Origin: Trichoplax adhaerens
Taxonomy: Eukaryota; Animalia; Placozoa
Assembly: GCF_000150275.1 (NCBI RefSeq)
Contig: NW_002060955.1
Span: 660,886-724,885 of the forward strand
DNA length: 64,000 nt
Direction: 5' to 3'
Shown here: piece after piece, positions 1-14,880 of the stretch
How the letters are laid out: each line of letters begins with the position of its first letter
Numbering within the stretch: the first letter of the stretch is position 1
The notes under the pieces: model-generated
What the model saw: only the letters and a program-made list of their open reading frames with translations
Databases searched by the model: none
Told to the model about the DNA's origin: nothing
Translations under genes and position numbers: made by a program

Positions 1-3000
1 TTGATATGTTCTAATAATTCTACCATTTTCTTCCAGTCATCATTCATTTCATCTAGACGTTGCTGGAAGTGATCAAGGAAACCTTCGCCAAAATTCTCTT
101 TCAACTGTGCTAATAGGCGTTCAAGCGAAGAACGGCGAGATTCGTTCGCTTTTACATCGTTAGAATATTCCTATAATGAATTATATGATAAATTGTTAGC
201 AAAAAAAAGAAAACTATGGTTCTATTTTGAGTAAAAATTGGTTCTATGCCCACGGCTGTTATATATAAATTACAATGGTATAATTATTGCCAAGTTCTAG
301 GTTAAGGTATAATTTATCAAGGAGAACCATTCCATCTACTTGGTTATAGGGCACTTGCAATAGCATAAATAAATTATACTGATGGAAATATTTGGTAGCT
401 ATGAACAAACTTATGTTCTAATATCTGGACAAAATTTTTTTGCGTCTAAGAATATTCTGTATAAATTTTGGTACAATTGTGACAAAATATTAGATATAGA
501 TAGTCAATATTTTTCTAAATTGCTATATGAATAATAAGTCTTACAGTATATGTATATAAGTGATCCTGCATCTATGACTAGCTAATCTAAATTAGTGTTA
601 CATAATTATTTCAAAATACTAAATTACGGTATAGAATATTGACGAGAAATATTTTTCTATATTGCTATAGGTCACAAGCAATAATACGTATAAATCAGGC
701 TGATAAATTATTGTAACAAAATATGGACTCATTCCATTTAAAATTTAAGTAAAATACTCCTACGTCCACGACTATGCCATAGAAATTGCAAAGGTACAAT
801 TATTACAAAATATTAAACTATGGTATAAATTATCGCTAATAATTATTCTATCTGAATTGCTACAGCCGCTAGAGATCTATTTTAGAAATTTAAGCTATTA
901 AGAGCTATTAGAACTATAATATTGTCCGTATATTATATCAGCAAATTCTAACTACTTAATAGGCTCGATTAACTACCTGCAATTGCTTTTCTTTATCGTC
1001 GGTATCTTGCAATACTTCTTGCGGCTCAATATCCGCATAAAATTCTTCAATTTTAGGTAATAATCCTGTTACCCATAAATTAAATGCTTCATATTCAGTA
1101 TCGAATGATTCAATTCTATTGCGGCTTTTATCAATCATAGCTTTTTGTCGAGCAGCTTTAATCTTGAGACTGTCGAATTGTCGAACAAGTTGATCTAAGC
1201 CTGGTTTAACACGTTTAGCTGCAAGATTGTCAGATGCCTTTAATTCTTGATAGTCTTTCTTCAGCGTAGTTATACGCTGGCGGCATTTATGAATTTGCGT
1301 CTGGAATAACTGTACAGAAATTATATCAAGATTAGAATAACTTCAGAGATACATAATGAATAAAAATTTACAAAAGATTCTACATTCTTAAGACGTTAGA
1401 ATTATATCATTCTACGCATGTTAAGGGAAATATAGACAGTATTGCTCACCAAAACGCCTTCAGCCCGAGCCTTGAAAGAATCAGCGTCATCAAGGATAGC
1501 TTGATCATCTTGTTGGATTAATTTTTGATGGCTATTTTCAAGCCATTGCTTAATGGATTCAATATCTTGAGCAAGTCCAGCTTCGTTATCTAAATCCAGG
1601 GATGATTGTGATTCCCGTTTACGTTCTTGAATAAAAGCAAAGTAACCCTGAAGATCGTTTTCTAACGAGTTTATATGCTCTTCTAAATCATTTCCGCTGT
1701 CATCAGACTCTTCTTCAACTAGGACAAGCGTATCGATAAAGGTCTTGAATTCTCCTTGCAATTGTGCACCTTTACGCTAAATGATTAATTAAAATTGACT
1801 TCTATTAGATCTACAGAGATAGCATGCAATATCTACCATCAATCTAAACGATCAATCAAAATTGCTACTACAATCCAAAAGACAGTATGCAGAGTCTATC
1901 TTTAAGCTAAATAATCAATTAGAAGCTGCAATGTATTAAATGTATGGAGACATCAGGTATTCCGCTACGAGTTGCTTAATGCCCTAGTTAAAGTAACTTT
2001 ACTATTTATAACTCAATCTTACTTCAAATTCTTCCAATAATTTGCTATTGGTTGCCGGATCATTGTTCTTATTGGTGTCTTCCTGAACTGAAGAACGTAA
2101 TTCTTGCAATTTTTTGGTAAACTGTTTAATTTGTTCCATTTGCTGGGTGTTAAGTGTTTTATGTAATCTAGAAACGATATATTAAATTGATAAACTCTCA
2201 AAATGAAATTTTAGTAGCATCAATAGATATTAATTGATATAGAGGCTGATTAATTACAATAGCTGAACATCTTGCGATTGCTTCCGTAAATCTTCCCAAC
2301 GTTTAGACATTTGCGAAATGTAGCTAACAAATTTATCTGAAAGAGTAGGTGCTAATTCGGTAGAAAGTAGCTCTTGGCCCTGCTGTAATAGAAAGCCAAT
2401 ATTGGCTTGGCGACTGGTTATGTCGATCATGAATTTCTGTAGAGCAAGAATCACTTGTTAGCCGATTTCTTGCATACATAGAAGCGATGTTAGAAATTTT
2501 TAAATTATATATTTCTTTTGCAATACTAAATCTTTACTACAGCTAAAAATACATAAAATGATTGTCATTTTATTATCAATCAACATCTCCCAAAAGCATA
2601 GATTGAACTGCCTATAGGCATCTTTGTGCATTCCTTTTAAGTTACAAATATAATGAAATACTTATGGTAAAAAATCTTCTTTGGCTAGGAAAAGATACTT
2701 TTTGAATCTACAGAATCCAATTAAAAACTTGGCCGTCGATCATTATCAGATGATCTATGTATCAATGTTTTGAGGTACTTAAGGTATTTCATATATCTAC
2801 ATTATTAGCGATATTCTCGCTGGTTAAAGTAAATTGGATATTGCATAGATGTAAGCCATTCATTATCACTAACTACTTTTCTACAGTATCTTATCCAACA
2901 GATTCGTCTAGTGCCTAAGTATACCTCAAAGGAATGAAATTGAGTTATAGTAGTCTTTAATTCGTTGCCCATTTCAATCCCATTTAGCGTTTTTTCAGCA

Positions 3001-6000
3001 TTTGATAGCCAATTCAAGACATGACGTAGTTTCTGTTCATATTCTTGAACATTAATTTTGTCCTCGACGATATCATCATCTGATTCTCCTTGATTGCCAT
3101 CATCAGACGAATCGCTATCTGGATCTATAGGATTAACATGCCATTAAGTACCAGTCGATCAAAATATTATCCCACTCAATCGTTCTAAACTTTAGGCTCT
3201 AATTTTACCAGAAAAAAATCACTTTTAATAATTTTACAACTCCAACCTCGAATACTCTCACGCTTCTTTTTTAATTCCAGTTCTTCTTTTCGTTCCTATT
3301 CGAAATGATCATAGATAATCCATCTATTAAACTAATTTTGTTAAATGGGATATTGAAATGCACGATATATTATATCTAGGAGAAGTAGTTAGTTGCCATT
3401 TAGGTATACAATCATATAGAAATTATATCTAATTTGCTAAGGCAATCTACTAGGTCATCCTTTGAAAATATATCAACATTACTGATGATTTTAGTAGGAC
3501 AAATTTGACTAGGCTTGGATTTATGATATTCGTCTAAGAGGTAGGAGAAAATTATTTTCCAGGATCAAATAGATACTCACTTTATACGATGGCAATTTGG
3601 ATAAAAATACCAAGATATACAATATCATGGCCTTTCCATCAATTTTTTGTGAATCAGCTTCTAAAACGAAGATTAAGATAAAAGGACTAAGTTACTTTTA
3701 GGCCGAAAACATTGACTTCCTAGTTAAGTATGCAGAACTGATTATATGAGAGAGTAACATCTTGTAGTAATATTTCGATTTCATTGTTTAGTTTACTTTT
3801 AATAGGAAATTTTTAAGAGAAACAACTGCAGATTAATATTAGTATCAGCAAGCTTGCCTATACCATTAGCCTCTAATAGCTTAGCAATCCCAAAATTTTC
3901 TTTTGCTAGATCAAAAATTAACTCGAAACGATCTTGTATTTTTTGCGACATGACAAATTGAACGTCCAATAGATCCGGTCTAGGCGTAATAGTAAAAAAA
4001 TGTGGACTTTAGTAGCTATTAGATAGTTTAATAATTTTCTAGAGTTAATAGCAGACAATCTTCTAGTGTTTATTGATAGGATATACTAATAATGAAGATT
4101 TAGAATCTTGGCATAAATATATGACATTACTATAGATGTCTTAAACCAACCTATAAAAGTGTATAATAGCTGAAAATGCATGTCCATCAGTCCAGCATTG
4201 ACCGAAATTAGTTATATCCAGATTTTCGTACCTGAAAATAGCGATTCAATACGTTAATATTGTACGATTCTGACTAGATAATTAATTACGATAAAATAAA
4301 TGATTTTAATTGCAAGTTTAAATTTGAACTTTGATTATATTTGGTCATAAAGAGATTTTACTTAACCATAAAATAGCGATATAAGCATTAAAAAATCATA
4401 AAAGAACTTTAAAATCGTAAGGCGGTTCTAAAAGATTTCACTGATGTTGTATAAGCTTCATTTAAATTGGCTTACTCTTGGGCAATTTGCTGGAACCACG
4501 AAAGAATTTTACCCTTAACGCTGGATGATGCGTCTGGTACTTCTTTAATTTTATCCTCTATCTTTAGTAGCTACATATTGGAACGATTTAGCATGATTAT
4601 TTGATAATCGAGTAAAATAGAATATGGAATGAATGAAATGATCATATACATAACAGCACTAGAAATGAATTTGGACAATCCATCTTTAAGTAAAATTTTT
4701 ACCTGATAATGCTCAGCAATATTCCATACCAATTGCAGAATTTTACGTTCTTCGCCATTAACTATTGCATCACTATTAATACTTCGAGTATTAATCTAGA
4801 AAAGTAACAATCAATTTAATCCTACCATTAGAATAAATCAATGGCATAGTCTTAATCCCTCTATATTGATATATGCAAGCTATGTCTGTAATGGTACTCA
4901 AAACAGATTATTCAATCTTACCTGATTATTCTTGCAAAATTTTAAAATTTCATTGACATTTTGTATGCGTTCGAATCGCTTTCGACCTCGAATACTTTTC
5001 TAATCATCAGAATGGATGCAATTAGGACTAATCAGTTTGAGATAGTATTGTTTAAACTCTTAGTATATTTGAATTAGAAGGAAAAGGAAAATAAAATCAG
5101 GTTTTCGAGATCGAAAATATTTATTGATAGGAATACACTAATGTCGATATAAATGAGGCAGTATTGAATGTATCGCAATTTTTAATAAATCTTGTATATG
5201 CATTAAAACTGATAAACTATAAATTAAGACCAGACTAATTTGAGGTAATATCGGCTATGCTGTAATTTTACTTTATACTGAAAGAATTAAAAGGGAATCT
5301 AAACCAAACTTAAAATGAAGTTAGATAAATTCCAATTTCATAGTTATTGCTACTATGCGGTCATCATTTGTGTACTAGACTTTGGTCTTATTCATTTTAT
5401 TATTTGTACATTGGCTAGAGTGGCCCAAATTAGCTGTTTACATGCAGCATGATCAATCTTGATGACTATTTCTCATACGTATAGCTGTAAGAAGTTTTGT
5501 CAAACTTACCAAAGTTTGTCCGCTTAATTTCTGAAGGATAGCAATCAGTTTATTTCCACTTTTTAATTCAGTATTGAAATCATTAATAGGTTTCTGATTT
5601 GGTATCTATCGAAAGTCAAATTCATTACATTATTTTGGAACCGATCCATTTTTAGTTACGCAATATATTGTTAGTGAATCAATGATGAGTAAGATATCTA
5701 AACCTACCAGAAATTCTTTAAAATGAAAATTATTAGCAGTGATGAGGTTAAAAGTTTACAGATTCACTTACGGTGATAAGAATTGAGTTAATCCATCGTA
5801 GACAGGCCTTCTTTTGGATAGTCAAATTAGTTGGAAGTGCATCTATGATATGAAATATAAACTTATAGATTATTTATATCATTTTCGTACAAAGTTTGTA
5901 TACAAGTAAATGTGAAATCAGCTAAGGTGAAATTTGAAGTTCTACAGCTGACATAAATAGGAATTGGGCTGATTAATAAAAGTGATAGATGTGTTAGATT

Positions 6001-9000
6001 TTAGCATTATGGGCGTAAGTCCAATACAAAACTAAACTTTTCCTTCCAAGCGTTGATAATAGTTTCAGAAAAATGTCGGCTTAATCGGTGTGTGACGACG
6101 TTACTAGTTTCGATAAACAGCTATCAAACTTGTTTCAATAAATTAGGAATATCCTGATTGACTACGATTTAATTCTATCCTTTATGGTGATTCTATATTA
6201 TACATACTCATATCATCATTGAGAATCTATTGGATGGCCTTTACAGCGACTAACTTGAACTGAGTAAAATGATGATAAAGTCCATTTATTTATTATGAGT
6301 AGATGATCATCACAGCTATACTGCTATGAGCATAAATTCTATTTATTATTAAGTCAACTTTATTCAACAAGAAGAAACTAAATTATATCAAGTATATTCT
6401 ATAACATGTAAATTATGGTTAATCGCATTGTTGTAAATGAGGTCACCATGAAGGTTTGTTTTATTTGTTGAGAAGTGTTTAACTGACATAAATACTCATA
6501 GATTGATAGATCAGACAAGCCTAGCTCCAAAATGTAGTATGATTTGTAATTATGTTGTAGTTCTAGTATATATCTGCTTTAATCAACAGAAAGCAGCTTA
6601 CACACACTAGCTTTCAAGCTGTAATGAATAGGAAATGGCCAGCTTAAGTATACCGTATAAATATGCATATTGCTATATGATTATCAGCAAGTAGTAATTA
6701 TGATGTAAGTCCGTATTCATTTAGCAAAAAGAATGTATATTAGATTGAGCTTTCTAGCATGATAAATAGAATATGAATATAAAAGGTACCGGTACGTTTG
6801 AATTATGCTCCAATTGATTATACTATACGATTTTAAGCTACACTCATGATAAAGCATTGCATTATTTTAATTAGAAAGATCTAAATTAGCTTGAAATCTA
6901 TGCTAAGATAGCTAGAATATGAATATAAACCATAATCACTAATTACAAAGATCGATATTAATTTAGTAAGAAGGATATAAATTAGAAGGAATATTGTACA
7001 GTAATATATACGATAAGATTATTAACTAATGGATATAAATTGTTTCAAAACTGAGTACTATAATAAATGATCATAAACTACAGTCATGATGAGAGTTTGC
7101 ATTATTGCAAGAAAAAGGATGCAAAGCAGGTAGTATTATCAATGAAAGGTACACATATATGTGGCAACAAACTGTGATCATAGAAGATCCGTATTAATTA
7201 ACAATAAGAATTCAAATTAAGAAAAAGCGGTATACCATGATTACTAAGATACAGTTGTCAACTAAAGGGACAGATTGCTTCAGGATACCATATTATATGA
7301 TTATAAGCTATAAATATGAAGGTCCTTAAATATTTAACAAGACTCAGATCGAACCTTCAATCTTAATAAATAAGATATGATTAAAGCTGAAAGATATATG
7401 ATCACATATATTGCTTCCATATACAGCACAAAACGATCGCCACAAAGATCCTTAACATTTTAACAAGAATTAATAAAATACTGTATCTAAAAAAATAATA
7501 TCGATTATAAGTTAAAAATTATATTGGTCCAATTAAGCTAATCATGATAAAGGCCAGTACTGATTTACAAAGTGGACGTAAATTAATTTAAACGTTATAT
7601 CGCGATAATTTAAGATAAAATTATAGACTAAGGATATGATGCACAGTTATATTTTTATATATAAAGCGAAACTATCCCGTTATTGACTTGGATCAACGGG
7701 ATTAAATTATATCCTGGTCTCATAACTACCATTTATTGAACGTTCTTGATTGAACAAGGAAGAAAGCATACTATGCTATCGACTAGATGTACTATTGAGG
7801 ATTATTACATTCTCCTCTATTTTTTGGCCTGCTTATTGTATTACAACACAGCTAGATATCATCATTAGGTGCCTATTCGATACATGTTTCTGAATTAATT
7901 TTAATACTGTACTTTTATACCCCTGAATTATGTTAGTAATAACTGTCAATATTTTAATTTACTTATTCTAATTAGCTATTGATTCATTTTTGTATGATAC
8001 TATTCGTCTTGTCTAGGATCTAGATTGTATTTGTAGCGGATGGAATTCCCTTAATGTTTTGCTTATTGTTTTCTTTTAATTAGTGACAGTAGGAAGGACG
8101 ATCGAGTGTCTAGACAGTCTTAATCATGGAATTAATTGGTTTTAAAGACTTGTTTTGTTTTCAATTTTATTTAAAAGCAGGTAGATAAAATAAACACAAG
8201 CTTTCAAGAGTCTGCACAAGTCAATAAAAAGCTTTCATCAGGATAATTTGAGAAAGCGCTAAAAAATGGTAGAGTGTGGACGTGAATGATAGTTTCAGAG
8301 TTAATTTTATATATATTCAAACTTATTCAAATGTTTTGCGTTGTAACATCAATTACTAGGGCGCCGTTGGATATTGTAGAACTATTCTAAAGTTGTTTTA
8401 AATCTATTTAAAGGAAAATCCTTTATATCATGTAGGATTATACCAGGATGTTTTATTCTAGTTGCATAAAAAATTAAGTCCGATATATTTTAAAGACTTT
8501 CGAACTTGATTTGATAAGTAAAATAAAATGATTGTAGGCATTCATTACAAGGAAAATTCTATATCAGTTTGTTGAACCGATGCTAGGATATCTACTACAT
8601 GGTAGAAATTAAGTCAATGAAGCAATTTTAATAGTATTGTAGGTAGATTTTATCAGAATGCAAAATGATGCAAGTTATTGCTCTAAATGATCATTTTGGT
8701 ACATCAATCTTTTGAATAAAGTATCAGAATATTGCAAAGGAATCGAGAAAATAAATTCATTCTAAAAAGATTCACGTTTGAGCAGTATAACTAGGCATTT
8801 CTGCTAAGGAAATTTGACATTGATTTATTGAGTGAGTTCAACTATATCTACTATAGCGATCGAATAAATGAACTAATTTGGAAGCTATGCTTATCAGATT
8901 GAATTACTACTGCAAAATAAGGCTACGTATTGCTCACAAGGGAAATTCTACATCGGTCTAGAAATAAATACAAACACATCCACTGCTACATGGGGACCCG

Positions 9001-9808
9001 GTGCATATGCTAATTGTAAAGTAGTCCAAGGTAGATTTGATTAACATTGCAAAATGTGAGTATAATTTTCTCATAAGAAGATATCTATATCGAATTAGGA
9101 AATAAGGAGTAGTCTATTTACCATCACTATAAAATTAATGAGCTAAATTTTAAGTGGATAGAAGCAGATGCAATAGAGATCGATAGAATGAAGTTATCAT
9201 AATTTCTAACCTATCAAGAAACTAAATTTAAAAGCGAATGAGGCGGACTTGATCTGCTTAGCAAAATGGAACTTAAAATTTTAAACTAAATTTTAAGGTG
9301 ATCAAGGCGGATTTGATCAATCTAGCAAAATGAATCTTAAAATTATTTACGAAGGAAATTCTATTTCGATCAATGAAATTAAATGCAAGGATACCCATGA
9401 TAGGGATCGACAGGATGAAGTAATCTAATATCTAGTCTATTATGAAACTTAAGTGAAGGATAATTTTGCCTTGCTATAAGTCATAATCTTGAGACCTGAT
9501 GAAGATTCATTAGATTAAAAGCTCTAAATCATTGTAATTTTATATGTGATCTTGATACGATAGTAAGCAATCAATAAAATAAAATTGCGGATGCATAAAA
9601 TTAAATTCAATTCTTTAAATGAAGATTTAAAACCTTTCAATGATATTATAGTTGGAATCAAGCTGTTGGTGAGTAGAGTATTTAAGCTGCTTATTTTATC
9701 GATGGTTAAAGCATATTTTACACAGAGTAAGCTCAAACTACTACGGCATATCTTACCTTTTGCGCTATCCCATTGGATCTGCTGAGATGATGATGCTGAG
9801 GATGCCAT
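1..9808 (-). CDS. DMD: Dystrophin/utrophin ortholog, 5' portion (CH1, CH2, first spectrin repeats); multi-exon, continues beyond left edge
   Basis: Frame-consistent GT-AG exons: 9757-9808 (candidate exon 1, MASSASSSQQIQWDSAK), 5772-5842 (DALPTNLTIQKKACLRWINSIL), 5510-5605, 4922-4999, 4703-4795 (INTRSINSDAIVNGEERKILQLVWNIAEHYQ), 4476-4570, 4151-4231 (YENLDITNFGQCWTDGHAFSAIIHFYR), 3864-3979 (PDLLD...AKENFGIAKLLE), 3581-3660, ~3262-3295, ~2925-3124 (YEQKLRHVLNWLSNAEKTL), ~2258-2436 (FMIDITSRQANIGFLLQQG...RWEDLR), 2023-2167, 1450-1776, 977-1309, 1-170. These match dystrophin CH1/CH2 and spectrin repeat 1 (YQTALEEVLSWLLSAEDTL; MMDLTAHQGRVGNILQLG). Exon 1 is less certain than the rest. Confidence 0.9.
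6570..7520. repeat. Highly degenerate local repeat tract
   Basis: Recurring words: tagaatatgaatataaa twice, ggatataaatt twice, ttgcattatt twice, tatgatta(t)aagct twice. Period not well defined; boundaries approximate. Confidence 0.4.
8400..9460. repeat. Degenerate tandem duplications
   Basis: aaggaaattctatatc-like word at ~8411, 8549, 8938, 9076, 9352; aggcgga(c/t)ttgatc....tagcaaaatg at ~9241 and ~9305; gatcga.ag.atgaagt.atc at ~9178 and ~9405. Confidence 0.55.
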
Positions 9809-11049
9809 GGATTAAATTAACAGATGTGGGAAAAGTAGGAAAGAATAGCCAAAATCTTACTAGCCCAGGGATATGTGTATCTAATAAATGATATTTAGAT
9901 ACTTTTAAAACTTTAAGATATTAGATTTAGTCATCATAAAAACTGCTTAAGCTATCTTAGCGAAGAACGATTAGTATGTTATGTCAGTCATTTCCTTATT
10001 ACAGTAGACTGTCTATTTCAGTATTAAATGGAGATGATACACTTACAGTTTCCTCTTTCAGTCCACAAAGATTATTCAAAAAGGACAAGCTAAAGAGGTA
10101 TTGACCAAGATCGAGAAGTTTCATTGGAAAGATTAGTTGAAAGAAAATGAGATAATTAAATTTTAGTATTGCCAATATAAAATTAGTTTTTTTATTTCCG
10201 ATCAATTTAAGTCCTTCAAATGCAAGTGTGAAATTGATAGCTAGTTTTGTCTTCCAACGAATATTGGAGCAATGTAAAATATATGAGGAACTATAGATAA
10301 TAGGAAGAGTTGTTTATAGCTTTAATGAAAATGGTAGCAAATGGAGATATAAGAAGAGAACCATGAGTACTTAAGTTGTGCACTAATCTTGCCGTATATA
10401 GATATAGAAAAAAAATTCGGCAATCAGGCTTTCTATAGCTTATAAAATATGCCATTTATCACTTCTACAAGTGATAACAGCTGAGATTTAACTGATTGAT
10501 ATGGTATTAAGATGGTATATGATGGAATGAATACAAAAATGAATATAAATATGGTATATGATATAATCTAACATTGTTGTTATTACGATAGAACAGTGAG
10601 CGCGTATTGCAGTATTTTCTTAATCCATGTTAAATGTAATGTCGTAATTAGAATTACTTATGCCACGAAATATGGAAATAAAAGTTCCAATAAGTATAAA
10701 ACTAATTGTATTCTCATAAAGATTAGTTGCAGTAAAGTATGCCTAAAACTGAGATTTAACTTGCTGTTATTAGAGCAGTCACTAGTAAAATAAATAGTGC
10801 AGATATTATCTATTTTCTCTATCTCTAAAATTTTATTTTTTAATTAGAATAGCTTTTGCCATAAAGTATTATCAAGAGAAAATTTCCAGATTTGTGAATT
10901 TCATCTTTTTATAAAAATCAGTTTAAGAATAGTATGCAGAAAAATTTGTGATTTAATTAATTCGATTCCTGTTTCCTTCATTCATATGCATTTTAACTCT
11001 TAGTTGTAGATTGGTAGCTTAAAGATTTTTGTCCCTGGCGTTTTAAATT

Positions 11050-12020
11050 TAATATCGAATTATTGGTCATTAAGGTGGAAAGAACCAAGTGTAACTGATA
11101 TGTGATATTGAGGAAATTGAAAAGTTTGGCTGAGATTATGTATTTTAGGTTAATTTAGATAGAAAGATTTGAATAGGAATATTTTTTCAGAAACTATTGA
11201 GATTAGATCTCATTAGGTATTAAACGGCATAAAAAGTTCCACTGATATAATTTAATTTAGGCTTAGTTTAGATAAATAGATTTCAATTGGATCGCCATGT
11301 TTTCCTTACTATCATTGAAATGGGCAGTTATTGGGCGTGGGGATGCGAGAAGAGTTTGGCCAGGATAACTTATTTTCGATTTCATTTAAAGGGAAGATCT
11401 TAACTAGATCATCCTATTATCTCAGCTATCATTATAGTAGGTAGTCATAAGGTATCAACAAGCGGAAAGTTTTTCAGGGATAATGTATCGTAGATTTAAT
11501 TTAGATAGAAAAATCGTAATTAAATCGCTATATTTTATCCCTACAATCATCGAAAAGTGCAGATGTAGTATTAGACACTTGGAGGCGAGAAAAATTCGCC
11601 TAGAATAATTTATTTTAGGTTTAATTCAGATGGAACATTTCGGCTTGATCGCCATATTATCCCTAGTATCATAGGAGTAGGTAGTTACAAGGTATCAAGA
11701 GGCGAAAATGGTTTTGTTAGATAATTTTATTTTAGATTTAACTTAGAAACTTGCGTAATTGGCTCGACATACGATTCTAGGCGATGTTGAAGTCGGCTAC
11801 CTTCAAGTATCAAGAGGCAAAAATGTTTCTTTAAGATAATTTATTTTCGATTCAATTTGGACAGAAAGGCCCTGATGTAATTAGATAGACATATCATTCA
11901 TGTCATGATTGAAATAGACTGTAGGCCAGGTATCGAGAAACTAAAATAGATCAGTCATCTGCGAAATGGGCTATAATTAGGTACCAAGGGGTAAAAATAG
12001 TTCCGCTTAGATCATATTTT
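11050..12020. repeat. Degenerate tandem array, ~118-120 bp unit, about 8 copies
   Basis: aggtatcaagaggcgaaaa-like anchor at ~11216, 11335, 11450, 11574, 11690, 11805, 11928, each followed by gataat(t)tattttngatttaattt. Confidence 0.75.
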
Positions 12021-13439
12021 CTATTCCTATTTTTGAAGACTTTTGTTATTGAGTTAAAATTCGAAAGATGGGCAAAAACAAGAAAGACGGATAAAGTCAA
12101 TATTCAGTTGCTTTTTCGATCTTTAACTAAAATAGAAAGAAAATAGGATGTTCTGTATTTTACGAGAATGTCAGTAGAGATTGAAGTATCAATGGCGATG
12201 ATCGGTTGTGAAATAAAGAGGAAGGAATATGTCCGTATTGAAAAGGTTTATTACATTTTACATCCTTTCCAAGTTGAAATATAGTCTAAAGTTCATTATA
12301 GAAAATCATTTTGCCGATCTTACATGGAAAATGGCTATATTACGATTTGGTGCGCTCTCAATACTAACAGTTTGTCAACATGTCGGTGAGAGATGTCAAG
12401 GAGGAATGATAGAGTGATATAGCAAGGATTTGAATTTTGATTTTCAGTCATGATCGTTTTAGAACTCTTGTTATGCAATAAAATAAAGCAAATTAGTCTA
12501 CGACTTGATTGATTGATGAATTGATTGATCGGATATTCCCTGTTGAATAGTCGTTGTTTATGACCTTGAATATACTTTAAGCTTAGATAGCTTAATAGTA
12601 TAGCGAGATGAGCTTAATACCCTGTTGCGAAAGTGATGTACCACGATTGTGAAATACTTAAAATGTTTATGATGTTTGTCCTTCCTGTATCTAGCAAATC
12701 AGCAAAAGTAATTTTCCTGTAGATTGAAAGCATTTTACTGAAGGACGTTTAGAGAATAGAATTGGAGTGATATCGAAGATTCTATGGCCTAATCGATCGG
12801 TAAAGTTAAAATCCTTTTGCCTTACCCAATTTAGAAATGGATACGGTGTGGAAAATAGAATCACCCAGATGTATCCATGAATCATGATTTCGATTGCCTA
12901 ATCATGCTACGACAAGGATGATGATAATTTAATCCTGTCTGCTAGCTAAAATAGTCGAGTATCATTGATTATAATTATTGGTGCTCAATGTTAGATAGTT
13001 AGGGTACTTAAATAGATAAACTAACACCATTGCTCATTAAATTAGCTGTTCTAGACGACCACTTATACTGTTCTCTAATTATACAGGTAACCCTTCAATG
13101 CATAATCTCTAATGATAGACTTTACTGACTAATGATATCAAATACAATGTCACAGTTGTTGGCTCCATCAACTGGTTGAATTAGTTTAATATTCCTGACA
13201 TTAACGTACCATGGGATATTCTATTAGTCTGCTGAGTGCAACACACTATCAAATTAGCCAGTCGAGGCTGATGATGACCAATTAATTATATTTCTCTTCC
13301 ATTCAGACCTCTATTTTGTTCATCCATTTAATTTTATGATTACGCAGACTATCATTTTCTTGATTATTAGTCATCACTGTTGGCTGAATTACTCAAATAT
13401 CCTTGACATTGAAGGTACAGTGGGATGTTGGTAATAGTT

Positions 13440-14880
13440 TATGTGCCATCATATGATTAATCCTCTGACGTAGGTATTTTACAAGCATACAACATGTCTA
13501 ATACTGTATACGAACTGTCCATCTGAGCTACTTTAGTGGCCAAAATAAACCACGAAATTGATTTTACATCCTTTCTTCCTTCATGATTTATGATATGATT
13601 AATTTTCTGAAGTAGGGAATTTGCAAAACTTGCAATATATCCATTACTGTATACGAGCTATCTATCTTAACTACTAAGTTGGTCAAAATAAACTACGAAA
13701 TTGGTTTCAAAACCTTTCCTCCCTCATGATTCATGATATGATCAATCTTCTGACGTAGGCATTTTGCAAACATACAATATGTCCACTACTGTATAGGAAC
13801 TGTCCATCTAAACTACTAAATTGGCTAAAATGAACTACGAAATTGATTTTATATCCTTTTCTTCCCTTATGATTCACGATGTGATCAATATCCAGACGTA
13901 GGCATTTTGCAAACGTGCAACCTGTCCACTACTGCATATGAGCTGTCCATCTAAATTACTGAATTAGAGGAAATGTATTGCAAACTCGATTTTTGACATC
14001 ATTTCTTCCCTTAATGATTCTTCTTTAGGCTAAATTTTCATAACGTAGGCATTTTAGAAAGCTTGGCTATATGAGCAGTCTATCCTAACTGCTAAATTGG
14101 CCAAAATGAATAGGGAAATCAATTTTATCATCGTTTCTTCTCTGAATAAATCGTTTTTAGGCCAATTCTCATGACGTAGATACTTTTAGAAACATGCACT
14201 ATACGAGCCATCCATCTGCACTACTGAATTAGCCTTAATGAACCAAGAAATTTTACAATTGATTTTACATCATTTCTTCCCTTTATAATTCATGATATAG
14301 TCAATCTCCTGATGAAAACATTTTACAAACATATAACATATATAGAGTACATCATACACTATACGAGCAGCCATCTGAACTACTGAATGGGCCAAATTAT
14401 ATTACAAAATCAATTTAGCATCATTTCTTCCCGGCATAGTTCATACGAAGGTAAGTCTCTTGAGGGAGATATTTTAGACACGTACACTATACGATTCGTC
14501 TAACTGATCTACGGTGCTAAATTGGCAAAAATGAATTGCGGAATCGATTTGATATCACTTCTTCTCTTCATGATATATGATATGATCAATTTCTTGATGT
14601 AGATATTACAGAATCATGTCGTACACGATACGACCAATCTATCTTAACCACCGAATTGGCCAAAAATGAATAACGAAATCGATTTGAACATGATTCCTTC
14701 ACTTAATGATTCATGCTAGGATAAATTTCCTGATGTAAGCATTTTTGTCTCGTAAACGATACGAAGAGTCCATTTAAACTTCTCAACTGGCCCAATGAAT
14801 CATAAAATAAACTTTTGATATCATTTCTTTATCGAACGATTGAACATTAAGATGGATTTCATGGCGTGGACATTTTACAA
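13440..14880. repeat. Degenerate tandem array, ~128-160 bp unit, about 10-11 copies
   Basis: Unit actgtatacgagctgtccatct-aactactgaattggccaaaatgaa...gaaattgattttacatcatttcttccc...atgattcatgatatgatcaat..tgacgtaggcatttt at ~13503, 13646, 13787, 13931, 14069, 14197, 14358, 14486, 14625, 14755. Frame-breaking indels between copies indicate non-coding. Confidence 0.85.

Noticed and set aside
13440-14880. Tandem arrays as CRISPR or as coding repeats (TPR, LRR, ankyrin)
   Set aside because: Whole units are homologous with no unique spacers, the context is eukaryotic with no cas genes, and copies differ by frame-breaking indels and stops.
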